Positions 13,855-32,190 of a stretch of 64,000 nucleotides of DNA are shown here, piece by piece; the stretch's first letter is position 1, and each line of letters begins with the position of its first letter. Under the pieces are notes generated by a model that saw only the letters and a list, made by a program, of their open reading frames with translations, was not told where the DNA came from and made no database searches. A program made the translations under genes and the position numbers. Source of the DNA: Octopus vulgaris (taxonomy: Eukaryota); NCBI GenBank assembly GCA_951406725.2, contig OX597821.1, positions 17,980,001 through 18,044,000 of the forward strand, in the 5' to 3' direction.

Positions 13855-14213
13855 GCTTGTATGTGTGTGTGTGTGTATATGTGTATATGTGTTTGTATGT
13901 ATATGTGTATATATGTATATGCATATGTATGTGTAAATGTATGTGCTTATGTATGTGTATGTATGTATAAAATATTATATAATTAGGGCTTAGGAAAATA
14001 AAATAAATTACTTTGCCACATACTAAACTTTCTAGAAATAGCAGCCAATAAAGTTTTTTAGCCTCTTCCACTACTTAGAGAATTTTTTTCCCTCTAACAT
14101 TGTTTACTCAAAATAATAATGGTCCCTTTACATACTGAACACTTGATGAAATTGATTAATAACTAATTAACTTTACCCTCCCTTGTTGATATATATATAC
14201 ATATGTATATGTG

Positions 14214-14270
<57 letters not shown>

Positions 14271-14529
14271 ATGTGTGTATGTATGTATTTGTATATGTGT
14301 GTGTGTATATGTATGTGTGCGCGTGTGTGTGTATGTATGTGTATGTATACTTGTATATGTATATGCATGAATGTATATATATGTGTGTGTATATGTGTAT
14401 TATGTATGTATTTATATAGATATGTAGTTATATATATATATATGTATGTATATGCATCTGTCTGTGTGTGTGTATGTGTATATATGTGTATCATTTTTGC
14501 GTATGTATACATGTATATGTGTATATGTA

Positions 14530-14568
<39 letters not shown>

Positions 14569-14773
14569 GTGTATATATATGTATATATATATATATGCAT
14601 ACGTATGTGTATGTACATGTATATATGTATGTGTGTATATGTATATATGTTTATATATGTGAGTATGTAGTGATATAAGTATATGCATGTGTATGTATGG
14701 GTATGTGTATCAGTGTATATGTATATATGTATGTGTGTGTGTATGTATATGTATGTATATGTGTATATATGTA

Positions 14774-14810
<37 letters not shown>

Positions 14811-14881
14811 GTGTATATGTGTATATGTGTGTATGTATGTGTATGTGTATGTATGTGTATATATATCTATATATGTATATA

Positions 14882-14933
<52 letters not shown>

Positions 14934-15417
14934 TGCGTGTGTGTATGTATGCATATATGTATGTATGCATGTATATGTGTATGTATATATATGTGTGTAA
15001 GTGTGTGCATATATGTATTTGTAAGTATGTGTGCGCGTATGAGTATGTATGTATGCTTGCACACGTGTATATATATGTGTGTGTGTGTATATATATGGAT
15101 GCGCGTGCGTGTGTGCACGTGTATGGGTACGCATGTATATGTGTATGTGCGTGTATGCGTATACGTGTATGTATGTATGTGTGTGCGTAGATTTGTATAT
15201 GTATGTGTGAGTGTGTATATATATATATATATATATATACATATATATAGATGGGTGTGTGTATGCGTATAAATGCATGTAAGTATGGATGTATGGATGT
15301 ATGTATGTATGTATACGTATGTATGTGTGTATGTGTGTATGTATATATATATGTGTGTATATATGTTTGTGTATGTATATATATGTGTATGTATGTGTGT
15401 GTATATGTATGTGTATG

Positions 15418-15481
<64 letters not shown>

Positions 15482-16357
15482 TATGTATCTGTATGTAGGA
15501 GTATATATGTGTGTGTGTGTATGTATATGCGGGTATATATATATATATGTATATTTATTGGTGTATATGTATAGACTAGCCTCCTAAAGTGTAGACACGA
15601 ATCTGTAGGTACGAGTACGTATGTGTATATACGTGAACGTATGTAGATGTTTGTATGTATGAATATAACGCGTGCGTACGTGTATGTGTATGAGTGTACG
15701 AATGGGTGAATGTACGTGCTAATGAGTGTGCGTGCGGGAATGAGTACTTGCCTTCTAGTAGACAGACAAATGGACATGCAGCCATTGCCAGGATTCTTAG
15801 CTCTAGCGATCAAAGATAACAAAAGTAATAAATGAAGATAATAAAATTAAAATTAGGGAATGGGCCTGTATTGGATTGTATATATATATATGTATATGTA
15901 TATTTGTATGTATGTATGTGTGTATGTGTAGGTATGTATAGGTACACATGTGTATGTGTATGTGTATGTATATATGTGTGTATGTATGTATGTGCACACA
16001 TGTATATATATGTATGCGTGTATATGTTTATATATATATATGTGTACATAGGTGTATGTGGGTGTATGTATATATAGGTGTAAATATGTGTATATAGGGA
16101 ACTAGGTGTGTTGTGTGTGCATGAGTGTATGTGCGTATGAATATATATTTTTATGTGTATATATGTATGTGTGGTCGTGGGTATATATATATATATATAT
16201 ACATGTGTGTATGCGTGCATGCATGGGAGTGAGTGTATGCATATATACGTGTGTGTATGTGTAGACAGGTATAGGCATGTGCATGTGTATAAATTTGTAT
16301 ATGTGGGCGGGTGTATGTATGTGTGTATGTAGATATGTATGTATGTGTGTACATATG

Positions 16358-16408
<51 letters not shown>

Positions 16409-16782
16409 ATATATATGTGTATGTATGTATGTGTGTGTAGATACGTATACATGTGTGTATAGGTATAAGTGAGAATCTCCTTATTTACCTATAACTCTAT
16501 CCCCCCTTTTTTTATATATATATTTTTTTATATATATATTTTATATATATATTTTTTTATATATATTTTTTATATTTTTTATTTATTTTTTTTTTTTTTA
16601 TTTTTTTTTTTTTTATTTTTTTATTTTTTTATTTATCTATTCTTTCATCTAACTTACCACTGACTCCTTGACCACTCCCCCAAGTATGATATTTTGCGCT
16701 ATGCCTACCCCCAAAAAGTCCCCCACCACCACTCCTTTAAACCTGCCTAAATGTATAAATGCTAATACAATTCTTGTTAAAT

Positions 16783-16833
16783 AGCTTCCTGAAGATTTCT
16801 CTTGAATGAAACAGTACTAGTCCTGTAGAAGCT
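16783..16833 (+). ncRNA. Type-I hammerhead ribozyme in the PLE 3' pseudo-LTR
   Basis: agcttc-CTGAAGA-tttctcttgaat-GAAA-cag(tactagtc)ctg-TA-gaagct. 6-bp stem I, GUA cleavage triplet, palindromic ACTAGT in loop III. Confidence 0.85.
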
Positions 16834-16916
16834 CCTTCTATATAATAAATTAATTTTACTCTGCTATGTATTGAGTACCTTACTTACTGTGGTTAACCCC
16901 GAATCAACCCGGGACC

Positions 16917-16967
<51 letters not shown>

Positions 16968-16989
16968 GCATACGGCTGTGCGGTGAGAT

Positions 16990-17147
16990 GCTTCTTGCTT
17001 AACGATGCATTTCACATTTTGCACTTCCCTCTCAACCCTCACTTTCCTTTTCAGATGGTATCTGAAAAAGTTGATGACGGGTAGGACAAAGAGGCAAGTA
17101 TCGATCTTCGGCCCTTTCAGTCTAGACCACCACAAAACCTCTTTCGT

Positions 17148-17148
<1 letters not shown>
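16990..17148 (-). mobile_element. Tx1/L1-clade LINE ORF2 C-terminal fragment
   Basis: TKEVLWWSRLKG...FFRYHLKRKVRVERE, homologous to 23683-24010. Confidence 0.65.
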
Positions 17149-17204
<56 letters not shown>

Positions 17205-17942
17205 TGGCAACAGCGAACCCAGCAGGTCAACTGTAGAAAACTGGAAGATCTACTGTTTACTGTAAGTAATTTGAATTACCCTCAAAATAAGTAAAAAAAA
17301 ACTTACATATCTACAGCTCATACAAACGTACACCTAACAAGAAAAATTAGAAACATAAATATCTCCAATTCTGTGTGAACATTTACATTTAGTCGTCTCT
17401 CATGACTATAAGAATGTGTAAAATTGCCTTTTAAATTACCTTTTATTGTAACAACACAATTAAATGCACGATAAAAAGTTATGGAATTAAGCACCTACTA
17501 CTATATACATACAACTGAATTCAGAAATTTAAAAATATATACATAACATTGAACTCAGAAAGTTATTTAAAAAAAGGAAAAAAAAAATCTTCAACGAAAA
17601 CATCAGATAATATGTGTGAGTGAATATACATATATATACATATACATATGCATGTGGTGAAGAAGAAAAGAGAAAGGAAAAAAAAAATAATAAATAAATA
17701 AATAAATAAATGTAAACAGGTTTGACCTTTTACTGACCATTAACGTCCTTTGTCTCCATCTACCGTGGCTATTTATAGACCCAAAGAACATGAATTCTTT
17801 AACCACCCATTCTCCAACACAATGGAGTGTTGATGGTGGCTGTGGCTACACATAAAACAATGTCATTGAAGATGATGATGGTGATGGTGATGTTGCTGAT
17901 GATGGTGATGGTGGTGAAGATGATAGTAATAACAATAATAAC

Positions 17943-23535
<5,593 letters not shown>

Positions 23536-23549
23536 AATAATAACAATAA

Positions 23550-24614
23550 TTTAGTCTTTTATTTGCCACAAGAGCTCACATACAAAAACATCAAATGACA
23601 TACAATATAAAAGACAAAAACAGGATGATACAATGGGTTTTCTGCGTGTAAACAATATAAATAACAATAAGAATTGAACAAATTAAAACTCCCAATACGG
23701 GAAGCGTTTTAAAGTCCCCGTGGGAAAACACACGAAAGCCATGGGTTCCTGATCAACAGGGCAAGAGCCCTTCTCCTTTAATTCCCTTTTTATAGGTGCA
23801 CACAGAATTGATCCTTTCGCACTAGCCATTCTTCCAACATTCACGTACCTTTCAACAAACCTGCTACAAAGCAACACTTCCTTCTCCACCCTCAACTTCC
23901 TTTCCAAGTTAAACTTGCAAAAGTTGATGAGGATTTGGCCGAAGAGGAAAGTGTCTGTCTTTAGCCCTTTCAAACGGGTCCACCATATTACCTCTTTCGT
24001 TACAGCCACTAAACAACCATCCCGACCAATAGAGGGCAGCGGGGCAATCTTCACAATGGATTCAGCTGATAGGGTCCACTATCAATACTTGTCAGCTGTC
24101 CTCAAAGCAGCCGGTTTCGTCCAGTTTTCCGCGGTTGGATCGCTGCTTTGTACATCGGCATCTGCTCGGTTGTTTGGCTGAATGGTCACCTGTCGGAACC
24201 ATTCAGCATCTTGCGTTCGGTCCGTCAAGGATACCCTCTCTATTCCCTACCGTATGTATTGAATTTGAGCCATTACTGCAGAAGTTGGAGGCTTCTCGCC
24301 TGATCTAGGGTGTGTGTGGGAGAAGTGTCTCTGCTTACGCTGACGATGTCACCGTCATAGTGTCGAGCCACAAGCATATAGAGCTGATTGGCGAAACACT
24401 ACAGGAATATGAAGCAGTGACAGGAGCAAAAGTTAACGCGGAAAAGTCAGTGGGCTTGCAACTCGGCACCTGGTAAGACAAGTCCATGTTGTCCAATAGC
24501 GTCGTGGGACGCTGGATAGACGGTCCCGTTAAGTTGCTCGGAATCTGGTTTGGTCCGGACTTCCAGGTGGAGAAAAACTGGGACCAGGTGACGAGCAGGG
24601 TAGCCAATCTCACA
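23550..24614. mobile_element. Tx1/L1-clade LINE remnant: 3' end on - (23550-24010), RT segment inverted on + (~24020-24614)
   Basis: Plus strand: SVRQGYPL, SAYADDVTVIV, TGAKVNAEKS, KLLGIWFG. Minus strand: KEVIWWTRLKG and an aataaa tail. Confidence 0.7.
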
Positions 24615-25085
24615 ATATACACACACACAACATACATATATATAATACACACACACAACACACACATATATAATACACACACACAACACACACATATAAC
24701 ATATATATATAATATACATATATATAAACACACACACACACACAACACACACATACACATAACGCACACATACACAACATATACAATATATATACAACAT
24801 ATATACACATAACACATATATACATACAATACACATACACAGCATACACATAATACACATACACAATATATACATATAATATATATATAGACAATGCATA
24901 TACATATATACATATACATACACACAATGTATACATACACATACATACACATACCACATATACACACAATATACATACACACAATGTATATATATATATA
25001 TATATACACATACATATAACATATATACACACAACATACACATACACAATGTATACATATATATACATATAATGTATATACATAA

Positions 25086-28000
25086 ATCCTTAAATCCTTA
25101 AAAATGTTTTAGCCCGAAGGCCGCGGCCATGCTGGGGCACCACCGCTGAATGAGCTACACTAGTTTGTGAATCCACCTCTGATACGTGGCACTTGATCAA
25201 CAAGGGAGTTCGATGCTGCTGCCCGCATCCGTATCTCCTGTCGTGAGGTAGGTTCATCTGGGACTCCCAACAAGAAGAGATCCAGTTTAGTTTTAAAGAA
25301 ACCCACATCCACACCATGTAAGTCTCTCAGGCATTTAGGGAGGATGTTAAAGAGCTGTGGTCCTCTGAAACCCAAGCTGTTGCAGTATCTGGACCTGTAT
25401 TTTGATGGTGATGTTGGAATCCTTGGCACCACGCAGCGGCGCCCCGTTCTGCGGTTGGAGTAACTTTGAATGCCAAAGTTTGGGACAAGACCCTCCAGGA
25501 TTTTCCAGATGCATATCACTGCATATCTCTCCCGCCTCCGCTCCAGGGAGAAGAGGTTTAATACCTTCAGTCTTTCCCAGTAGCTGACATTTTGCATTGA
25601 GACGATTTTCTTTGTGTAGCTTCTCTGAGTTGCTTCGAGTTCTGCTGTTTGTTTTATATTGTGTGGTGACCAAAGTTGGGAGCAGTAGTCCAAGCGGCTG
25701 AGGACGAATGTTTTCCATAGGACCATCAGTGTCTCCTTCTCTCTTGTTCTGAAAGTTCGGAGAATTCATCCAGCTAGCCGTCTGCATTTTATCACCAGAT
25801 TAGCAATATGCATTTGGAAAGATGCATCATTGCTCATGTCAATGCCCAGGTCACGCACTGATTTTGACTCAGGGATTGCAATTCTTCCTGGTCCAGTGTA
25901 TCCAGTCTTCACGTCATTTACCTTTGTGTGCCAGTAGCGCAGGGCCTGGAACTTACCTGCATTAAACTGCATGTTGTTGTCCTCAGCCCACCTGTATATT
26001 GTGTCCAGCTCATGTTGCAGATGCGCAATATTTTCAGGGTTTTGTATTGCGTGGGAGACTTTTGTGTCATCTGCATAGCTAGCAAGGGTGGTCATCGTAG
26101 CAACTGAAGGCATGTCTGAAAGGGCCACTATGAACATCAGTGGCCCCAAGACAGTGACCTGTGGGACACCGCTTGTTATTTGCGTTTCCTTGGAGGTGGC
26201 TCCATTGCTCACAACTGCCTGTTTTCTGTCTTTTAGGAAGTTGTGCAGCCACTCTCCAAGTTTCCCGCCTATGCCGAGACTACGCAGTTTGTGACAGATC
26301 ATACCATGGTCGACTTTATCAAAGGCTTTTGCAAAGTCGAGATATATTACATCCACATTTGAGCCATTTAGTAGCTGTTTCAACACCCAGTCATAGTGTT
26401 GCAGGAGCTGTGTTAGGCAGCCTCTACCTGGTCGAAATCCATGCTGGGTGTCAGACAGTAAGTCATTTTCTTCAAGGAACATGATTAGTTTCTTACGGAC
26501 TATTCGTTCCATGACTTTGCTGATGTGTGAGGTCAGAGAGATAGGCCTATAATTTTTAGCATCTGCTCTGCTACCTCCCTTATGGATAGGGCATATTACC
26601 CCCTCTTTCAGTTTGACTGGGAGCTTACCACTTGCAAGAAAGCTCTGAAAAAGAAGCTGTAGCGGTTTTGCAAGGGCTCGTTTGCACGATTTGAGAAGGA
26701 TCGCTGGGAATCCATCAGGTCCAGCAGCTGAGTTTGTGTCAATCTCATCAATGGCTAGTGTGATATCATCATCTTCGATGTTGATGTACTCAATTTTTGT
26801 CTCTTTGGCCGCTAGTAAAGTGGCAAAGAATTCTTCTGGGTTGTTTACTTGCCTGTGTCCTAGAGGTGTAGTGAACACACTTTGGAAATGTTCGTTCAGT
26901 ATTTCACTTATCCTCGTGGGATTTCCTGTGAGAGAGCCATCTTTTTGGAAGAGAGGTCCTATTCTCTGGTGCACTGTGGCTGTCTCTTTGGCAAACTTAA
27001 AGAAAGCTTTAGGGTTTGATTTTATATTTTCTATTACCCAAGCTTCTTTATCTGCTCTCTCCTTTTCATGGGACTGATGTAGACTTTTCTCAGTTTCCAT
27101 TAGCATTCTTTCGAGCCGAGACTTCTCACCACTTTTGGTGTGCTTGCTCAGGTAGTTTGCAATCCTTGTCCGTCGTCTCATCAGAATCCTCCTTTCTCTA
27201 GGGATCCTGTTTTTGTTCTTGTGTGTGCTGGCCCTGCACATTGGGACATATTTGTCACATATGGCTTGTATTATGGACATGAAGTGTTTGTGTTTCATGT
27301 TTATGTCCGGTGTGGAGAGACATTCAGGCCAATCCTGTTTGAGGATCTCTTTCTCAATCGACTTCCAGTTGGCTTTATGAAAGTTTAAGTTGGAGAGATG
27401 GTGGGTGCTTCGTATAGGCTGTGTGTCTGCGGGGGCTTTTGTTCCATACATAGACAGCTCTATTATGTTGTGATCCGAGATCATTGTCGGCATCACATTC
27501 ACATTATGGATAATATCCATATTGTTTGTGAAGCAGAGATCCAGTATATTATCTGCCCTTGTTGGTTGCAGAACTATTTGCTCCATGAAAGAGGCATTTG
27601 TGAGATGGAGCAGGGACTCCACCTGTGCCTGCTGATGGTGTGTCATCCCTGGGAGCATCTGCCCCCCCCCAGGCCATTCCACATTGGGGAGGTTAAAGTC
27701 ACCCATGAAGAATACACTGTTGTGCTGTTCAAGGTTGGTGAGGACTTCTCCTATTTTTGTTAGGCAGTCTTCAAACATGCCTGAGTGTTTTGGGGCATCT
27801 GGTGGGCGATATGTAGTGCATATGACGATATTCAGTTGTCTTATGTGTACAATTTGAGTTTCACATACTGAGTTTGAATATGACAGCAGGACCTGGGGCG
27901 TGAGGTCATCTCGGATGTACATTGCAACTCCACCATGGCTCCTCCCTTTTCTATCTGTGCGTATGACTGCATATTGCGGCATGTGTATTTCTGCATCACC

Positions 28001-28340
28001 TATATCGGGTTCAAGATGCGTTTCAGTGAGTGCCATGCATATAGCTTGATTGCATGTCACAAGGTCTCTCAGGAATGAAATTTTCTTTTTACAGTTTCCG
28101 CGCAGCAGCCCTCCTACATTCAGTAGAAATATTTTTGTGGTGTGTGTGTTGGTGTTGGTGTCTGTGGTGGCCATCCTGCATCTGTTGGAGGTGGCCTTAT
28201 GTGGTGGTAGTTCCAGCTTTGTGCTTGTAGCCAGGTCAGCTGCTGAACAATTTTTTGTGCCATGCACAAAAAAGATTGCTGTTCAGCTGCCGCCCTTCTC
28301 ACATCTGGGTGAAGCTGGCCACCTGTTGGGTTTCCGTCTG
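25086..28340 (-). mobile_element. CR1/L2-group LINE, 5'-truncated just upstream of ORF2
   Basis: APE-RT ORF2; 3' tail of (ttaaggat) repeats; 3' UTR ggtggtgccccagcatggccgc shared with SINEs. Confidence 0.88.
25160..28267 (-). pseudogene. APE endonuclease-reverse transcriptase ORF2 with one in-frame stop at 25766
   Basis: ALTETHL, GGVAMY, MGDFNLP, LDLCFTN, SDHN; NYRPISLTS, YLDFAKAFDKVDH, YADD, RDLG; continues in frame to FSLERRRERY. Confidence 0.9.
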
Positions 28341-29008
28341 CATACCATATACATCTGCATACCATCTGCATACCATATATATGTATACATGTATACATAT
28401 ATATACAACACACATACAATATACATATATACAATGCATATATACACATACATATACACATAATGTACACATACATATACAACATACATACATATAATAT
28501 ACATATACACAATGCACATACATATAATGCATATATATATATATATATATATATATAATGCACACACACATACATAATACACATACATATAACGTACACA
28601 TACATATACATATACATACCACACACAAACACACACAATGCATTCACATATACACATATACAATGCATACACATATATATATATATATATACAATACACA
28701 TATATATACATATATATAACATATATACACATATAAATACACACATACACATAATGCATGCACATATACACACATACACACACACAACGCACACATATAC
28801 ACATACATAACATATACATACATACATAACATACATACATAACGTACATATATATAATGTATGCGTGTGCTCGTTGTGTATGTGTGTGGTCAATGTCTGC
28901 TAGTGTGCTGCATGTGTGCTGATGCGTGTATGTGTTTGTTTGCATGATACGGTGCGAGTGTGCGTGTGTCTTTGTGTGTTTGTTTTGGATGTGTGCCTGG
29001 GGGGTATG

Positions 29009-31284
29009 TTAGAGTATGTTTAGTTGAGGTCTGTATTTTTGAATAAGATTATTTTCCCTATTTATTCGTGTTTGGTCTGTGGTGTTGTCCGGGCATTGGT
29101 ATAGTGGGAAGACTAAGAATTTGGGGGACTTATTGTGTGCACAGAGGTCTAAATGTCCACTTAGTGGTATCTGTCTTGTGGAAGGGTCCCTCAGTTGTTG
29201 GCGGTGAACTGTCATTCTTTCTCTGAGGGTAAGGCTCGTTTGCCCTATGTAGTCTTCGTGGCACCCTTCACACCTTATGATGTAGAGTAAATTTTTTGAT
29301 GCGCACGTGAAATTATTTTTTATGATGAATGTGTGTCCCGACCGGAACTTGTACGTCGATCCCTCAATGAGGTGGATGCAAGTCCTGCAGTTGGGACGAC
29401 CACATTTTTTGACGGTGGGCGGTGGGTTTGTGTTGTGTAATTTTGCGTTGGTGAGGGTTTTTTTAGGGATTTAGGTTGTCTCTTACTTTTTATTATTTTA
29501 TGAGCTGCCAGTAATTTTTTTAGGCGTGGGTCTTGATTTAGCTGTGGAATGTTGTTGTATATAATAGTGTAAGCTTCTGCATTTCTTGGGTTGTGTATTG
29601 AGAGATAGGGGAGGCTATTTACTGTACTGTGGATGTGTTTAGGTTTTCGTAAGTCTTGAATGTTAATTGATTTGGCCCGTTCTATTCCGTTGTCTACTAG
29701 TGATGCCGGGTAATGTCTTTCGAGAAGAATTGCGCTTAGTTCCCGGAGTCTTCTATTTCGTGTTGTGTCATTTGAGACAATTGTGCAGATTCTTCTCGCT
29801 AAGTTGAAGGGGATATTTGTCTTTGTGTGTTTTGGGTGATTGGAGGTGAATAGAATGTATTGTTTAGAGTCAGTGGGTTTGTAATGGATGTCAGTTTCAA
29901 TGTTGACGCCTTTTTTAATGATTAAAATGTCAAGAAAAGGGAGTTGGTCCTGACTATATTCCATTGTGAATTGAATGTGTTTATTTACACTGTTGATAAG
30001 GTTTTTGAAGTCAATAAGTTGGTCGAGTGTGTGGGACCATAGGATGAGGCAATCATCTAAGTAGCGTTTCGAGTTCTCCAACAGGTATTTGTGGAAAGAC
30101 TGGCCGTACTTATATTTGGATTTTTCATAAATATGTGATTCCAGGTAGGGCATCACCAGGTTTGCATAGGTAGGGGCAACTTTCGTACCCATTGCAGTTC
30201 CTGAAACCTGTCTGTAAGTGTTATTATTGAAATTCATGAAGTTGTTTTGCAGAATAAATTTGAGGTCCTCAATTATGAATTCTTTTTTTATTCTTTCTGG
30301 GATCTCATTGGGATATTTATCCAGCCAGAATTTAATGGCTTCCAGTCCATATTCATGTGGGATTGTGGTGTAAAGATTTATTACATCAAAGGAAACGATT
30401 AAAGTGTCTTTATCGGTATGTTTGGGGAGATGATTTAAGAGGTCCAGGTCATCTCTTACAATACTTGGAATGAGTTTCAGTATTGGTTTTAGGATGATAT
30501 CGATAAAGTTGCTAAGTCTGTGTGTTTCACAACTTGGGCCTGCCACTATTGGTCTCAGTTTGAGATCAGTGGGATGTGGTATAGTGATGCAGGTTGAAGA
30601 GGACTTTTTGCAAGCTTCTGTGATAATTTCACTCTTGTGTATTTTTGGAAGCCCATAGAGTGTGCTGGTTTTGCAATTAAAGATTGTAATGTAGTCGCAT
30701 TCCTTTGCTGTTAAGTCATTCCGGTGTTGGTAAATGAGTGCCTTCAGTTTGGTCATTGTTTTGGATTGCTGGTAGTCGACTACTCTTTCATAGTATGTGG
30801 TATCCTCTAAAAGGAGAGATACAGAGTTTTTATACTGCTCAGTATTCATAATAACGACCGTACCACCCTTATCTGCTTCCTTTATTGTGACGTCATGATT
30901 GTCTCGTAGCGTATGGATGATTTCCCATTCTCTTTTACTGGTGTTGGGTTTGGGTTTAGGTTGTGGGAGTTCACCATAAGGGAAGTTTGAGATGTAATCG
31001 CAAAATTTGTCTAAGGTTTTGTTTTTGCCTTTTATGGGATTATAGCTGCTTTTGTTACGGACCATTGATTCGTCGTCATTATTAGTTTCTTTGTCAAAAA
31101 ATTCCTCTGTGAGGCGTAATTTTCTGCAAAAGTGTGAGATGTCATCCTGTATTTCCCTCAGGTTAGGGTATTGCGGATTTGGGGTGAATTTTAGTCCTTT
31201 TGAAAGGATTTTTATTTGTGGTGTCGACAGGTTTAGGTTAGAGAGATTCACTATTTTTGGTTTTTCGGGGTTGGTATCTACCAT
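29009..31284 (-). pseudogene. PLE RT plus GIY-YIG ORF, one frameshift at the A-run near 29460
   Basis: ADKGG, YGLPKIHK, LRPIV, SFDVINLYT, GTAMG, RYLDD, PFLD, KPTD. After frame correction: KCGRPNCRTC...TCASKNLLYIIRCEGCHEDYIGQT...RMTVHR (Cys-rich linker typical of Neptune). Confidence 0.9.
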
Positions 31285-32190
31285 CTGGTGTCGTGGAAAC
31301 TGATGCCCTTGCCTAAAAAAGGAATCCTGGGAGTTCTTCTATCTGCGGTATTTTGCTGTGTGTGGTTCTTTCCCCCGTTGATATGTTGTCTGTTGAAGAG
31401 GTTTTGGTTGTTCCAGAGTCTGGGTTGTTGGTGTGGCCTCCTGGAAGAGTTTTGGATATTCCAGGGTCTGGGTTGTTTGTCCTGGGTGTAATGTTGGTTC
31501 CTTAGAGTGGGTTGGAAAACACATTCATGGTTTAGAAGTGAATTCTTATATGTTGGGAGAGAACTCCGAGTTTGGAACGGTTTGGGTTGGAATCTACAAT
31601 CATAGTTCAGAGATAGTTTTCTAAGGGATGGGTAGGATCTCCGATTCTGGAACGGTTCTTGTGTGGGTTGGGGTCTACATTGTCTGGTAAAGTTTTGTCT
31701 TGTGTTGATGGGTGTCTCGGTTCTTTTGATGGGATTGTAGTGCTGTCTGTAAGTTCTGTTATTGTTGTCAATGTTAGGGGTGGTGTGTGTTCGGTGTTTT
31801 GTGATTTGTTTTCTTTGTTTTTGGTGAGGAGTGTGAGTTGAAGTTGATATTTTAAAATATGGGTTGCTTGAATGATGTTCATTTTTGAACTCTGTTTCAT
31901 GATTGGCGAACCAGCTGTTTTTTTCCATTCGCTGGAGGGATGTTAGTTCTTCATCCTCGCAGTTTTTTCTCCAGAGTTTGGTGGTTTTATCAAGGAGTGC
32001 TCCTTCACAGTGTTTTGAGATTTCAATCTGCATTTCATTGTCAAAGGTCTTGAATTTTTCTTCACTAGCGTTGGCTCTGAGCCGCAAAAGTTCTACTTCC
32101 GTTTTGAATTTTTCGAAAGCTAGTTTCTCCCTGAGTTTTTTTTAATTTTCTGGTTCATTTTGGATGGGCTTCAGGTATAGAAAATCCAAT
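31278..32190 (-). CDS. PLE upstream ORF (helical N-part, Q/R/P/N-rich C-part) overlapping the RT ORF in a different frame; 5'-truncated
   Basis: 269-aa open frame (31278-32087) ending PFLGKGISFHDTRW*; in-frame T TTT TTA at 31320-31314. Confidence 0.65.

Larger units (their letters stand above)
7478..16920. mobile_element. ~9.4-kb palindromic insertion of a 5'-truncated Naiad-like Penelope-like element: left arm 7478-12133, 31-nt spacer, right arm 12165-16850, unpaired 3' tail 16851-16920
   Basis: Arms are reverse complements; ORFs are mirrored (10739-11065 vs the end of 13063-13563; 8334-8528 vs 15803-15997). (TA)n on both sides; hammerheads at both outer ends. Confidence 0.92.
28341..32190 (-). 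mobile_element. Neptune-like Penelope-like element: upstream ORF, RT-GIY-YIG ORF and microsatellite-rich 3' UTR (probably continuing at 24615-25085 beyond the inserted LINE)
   Basis: ORFs 31278-32087, 29320-31284 and 29009-29215. Confidence 0.85.
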
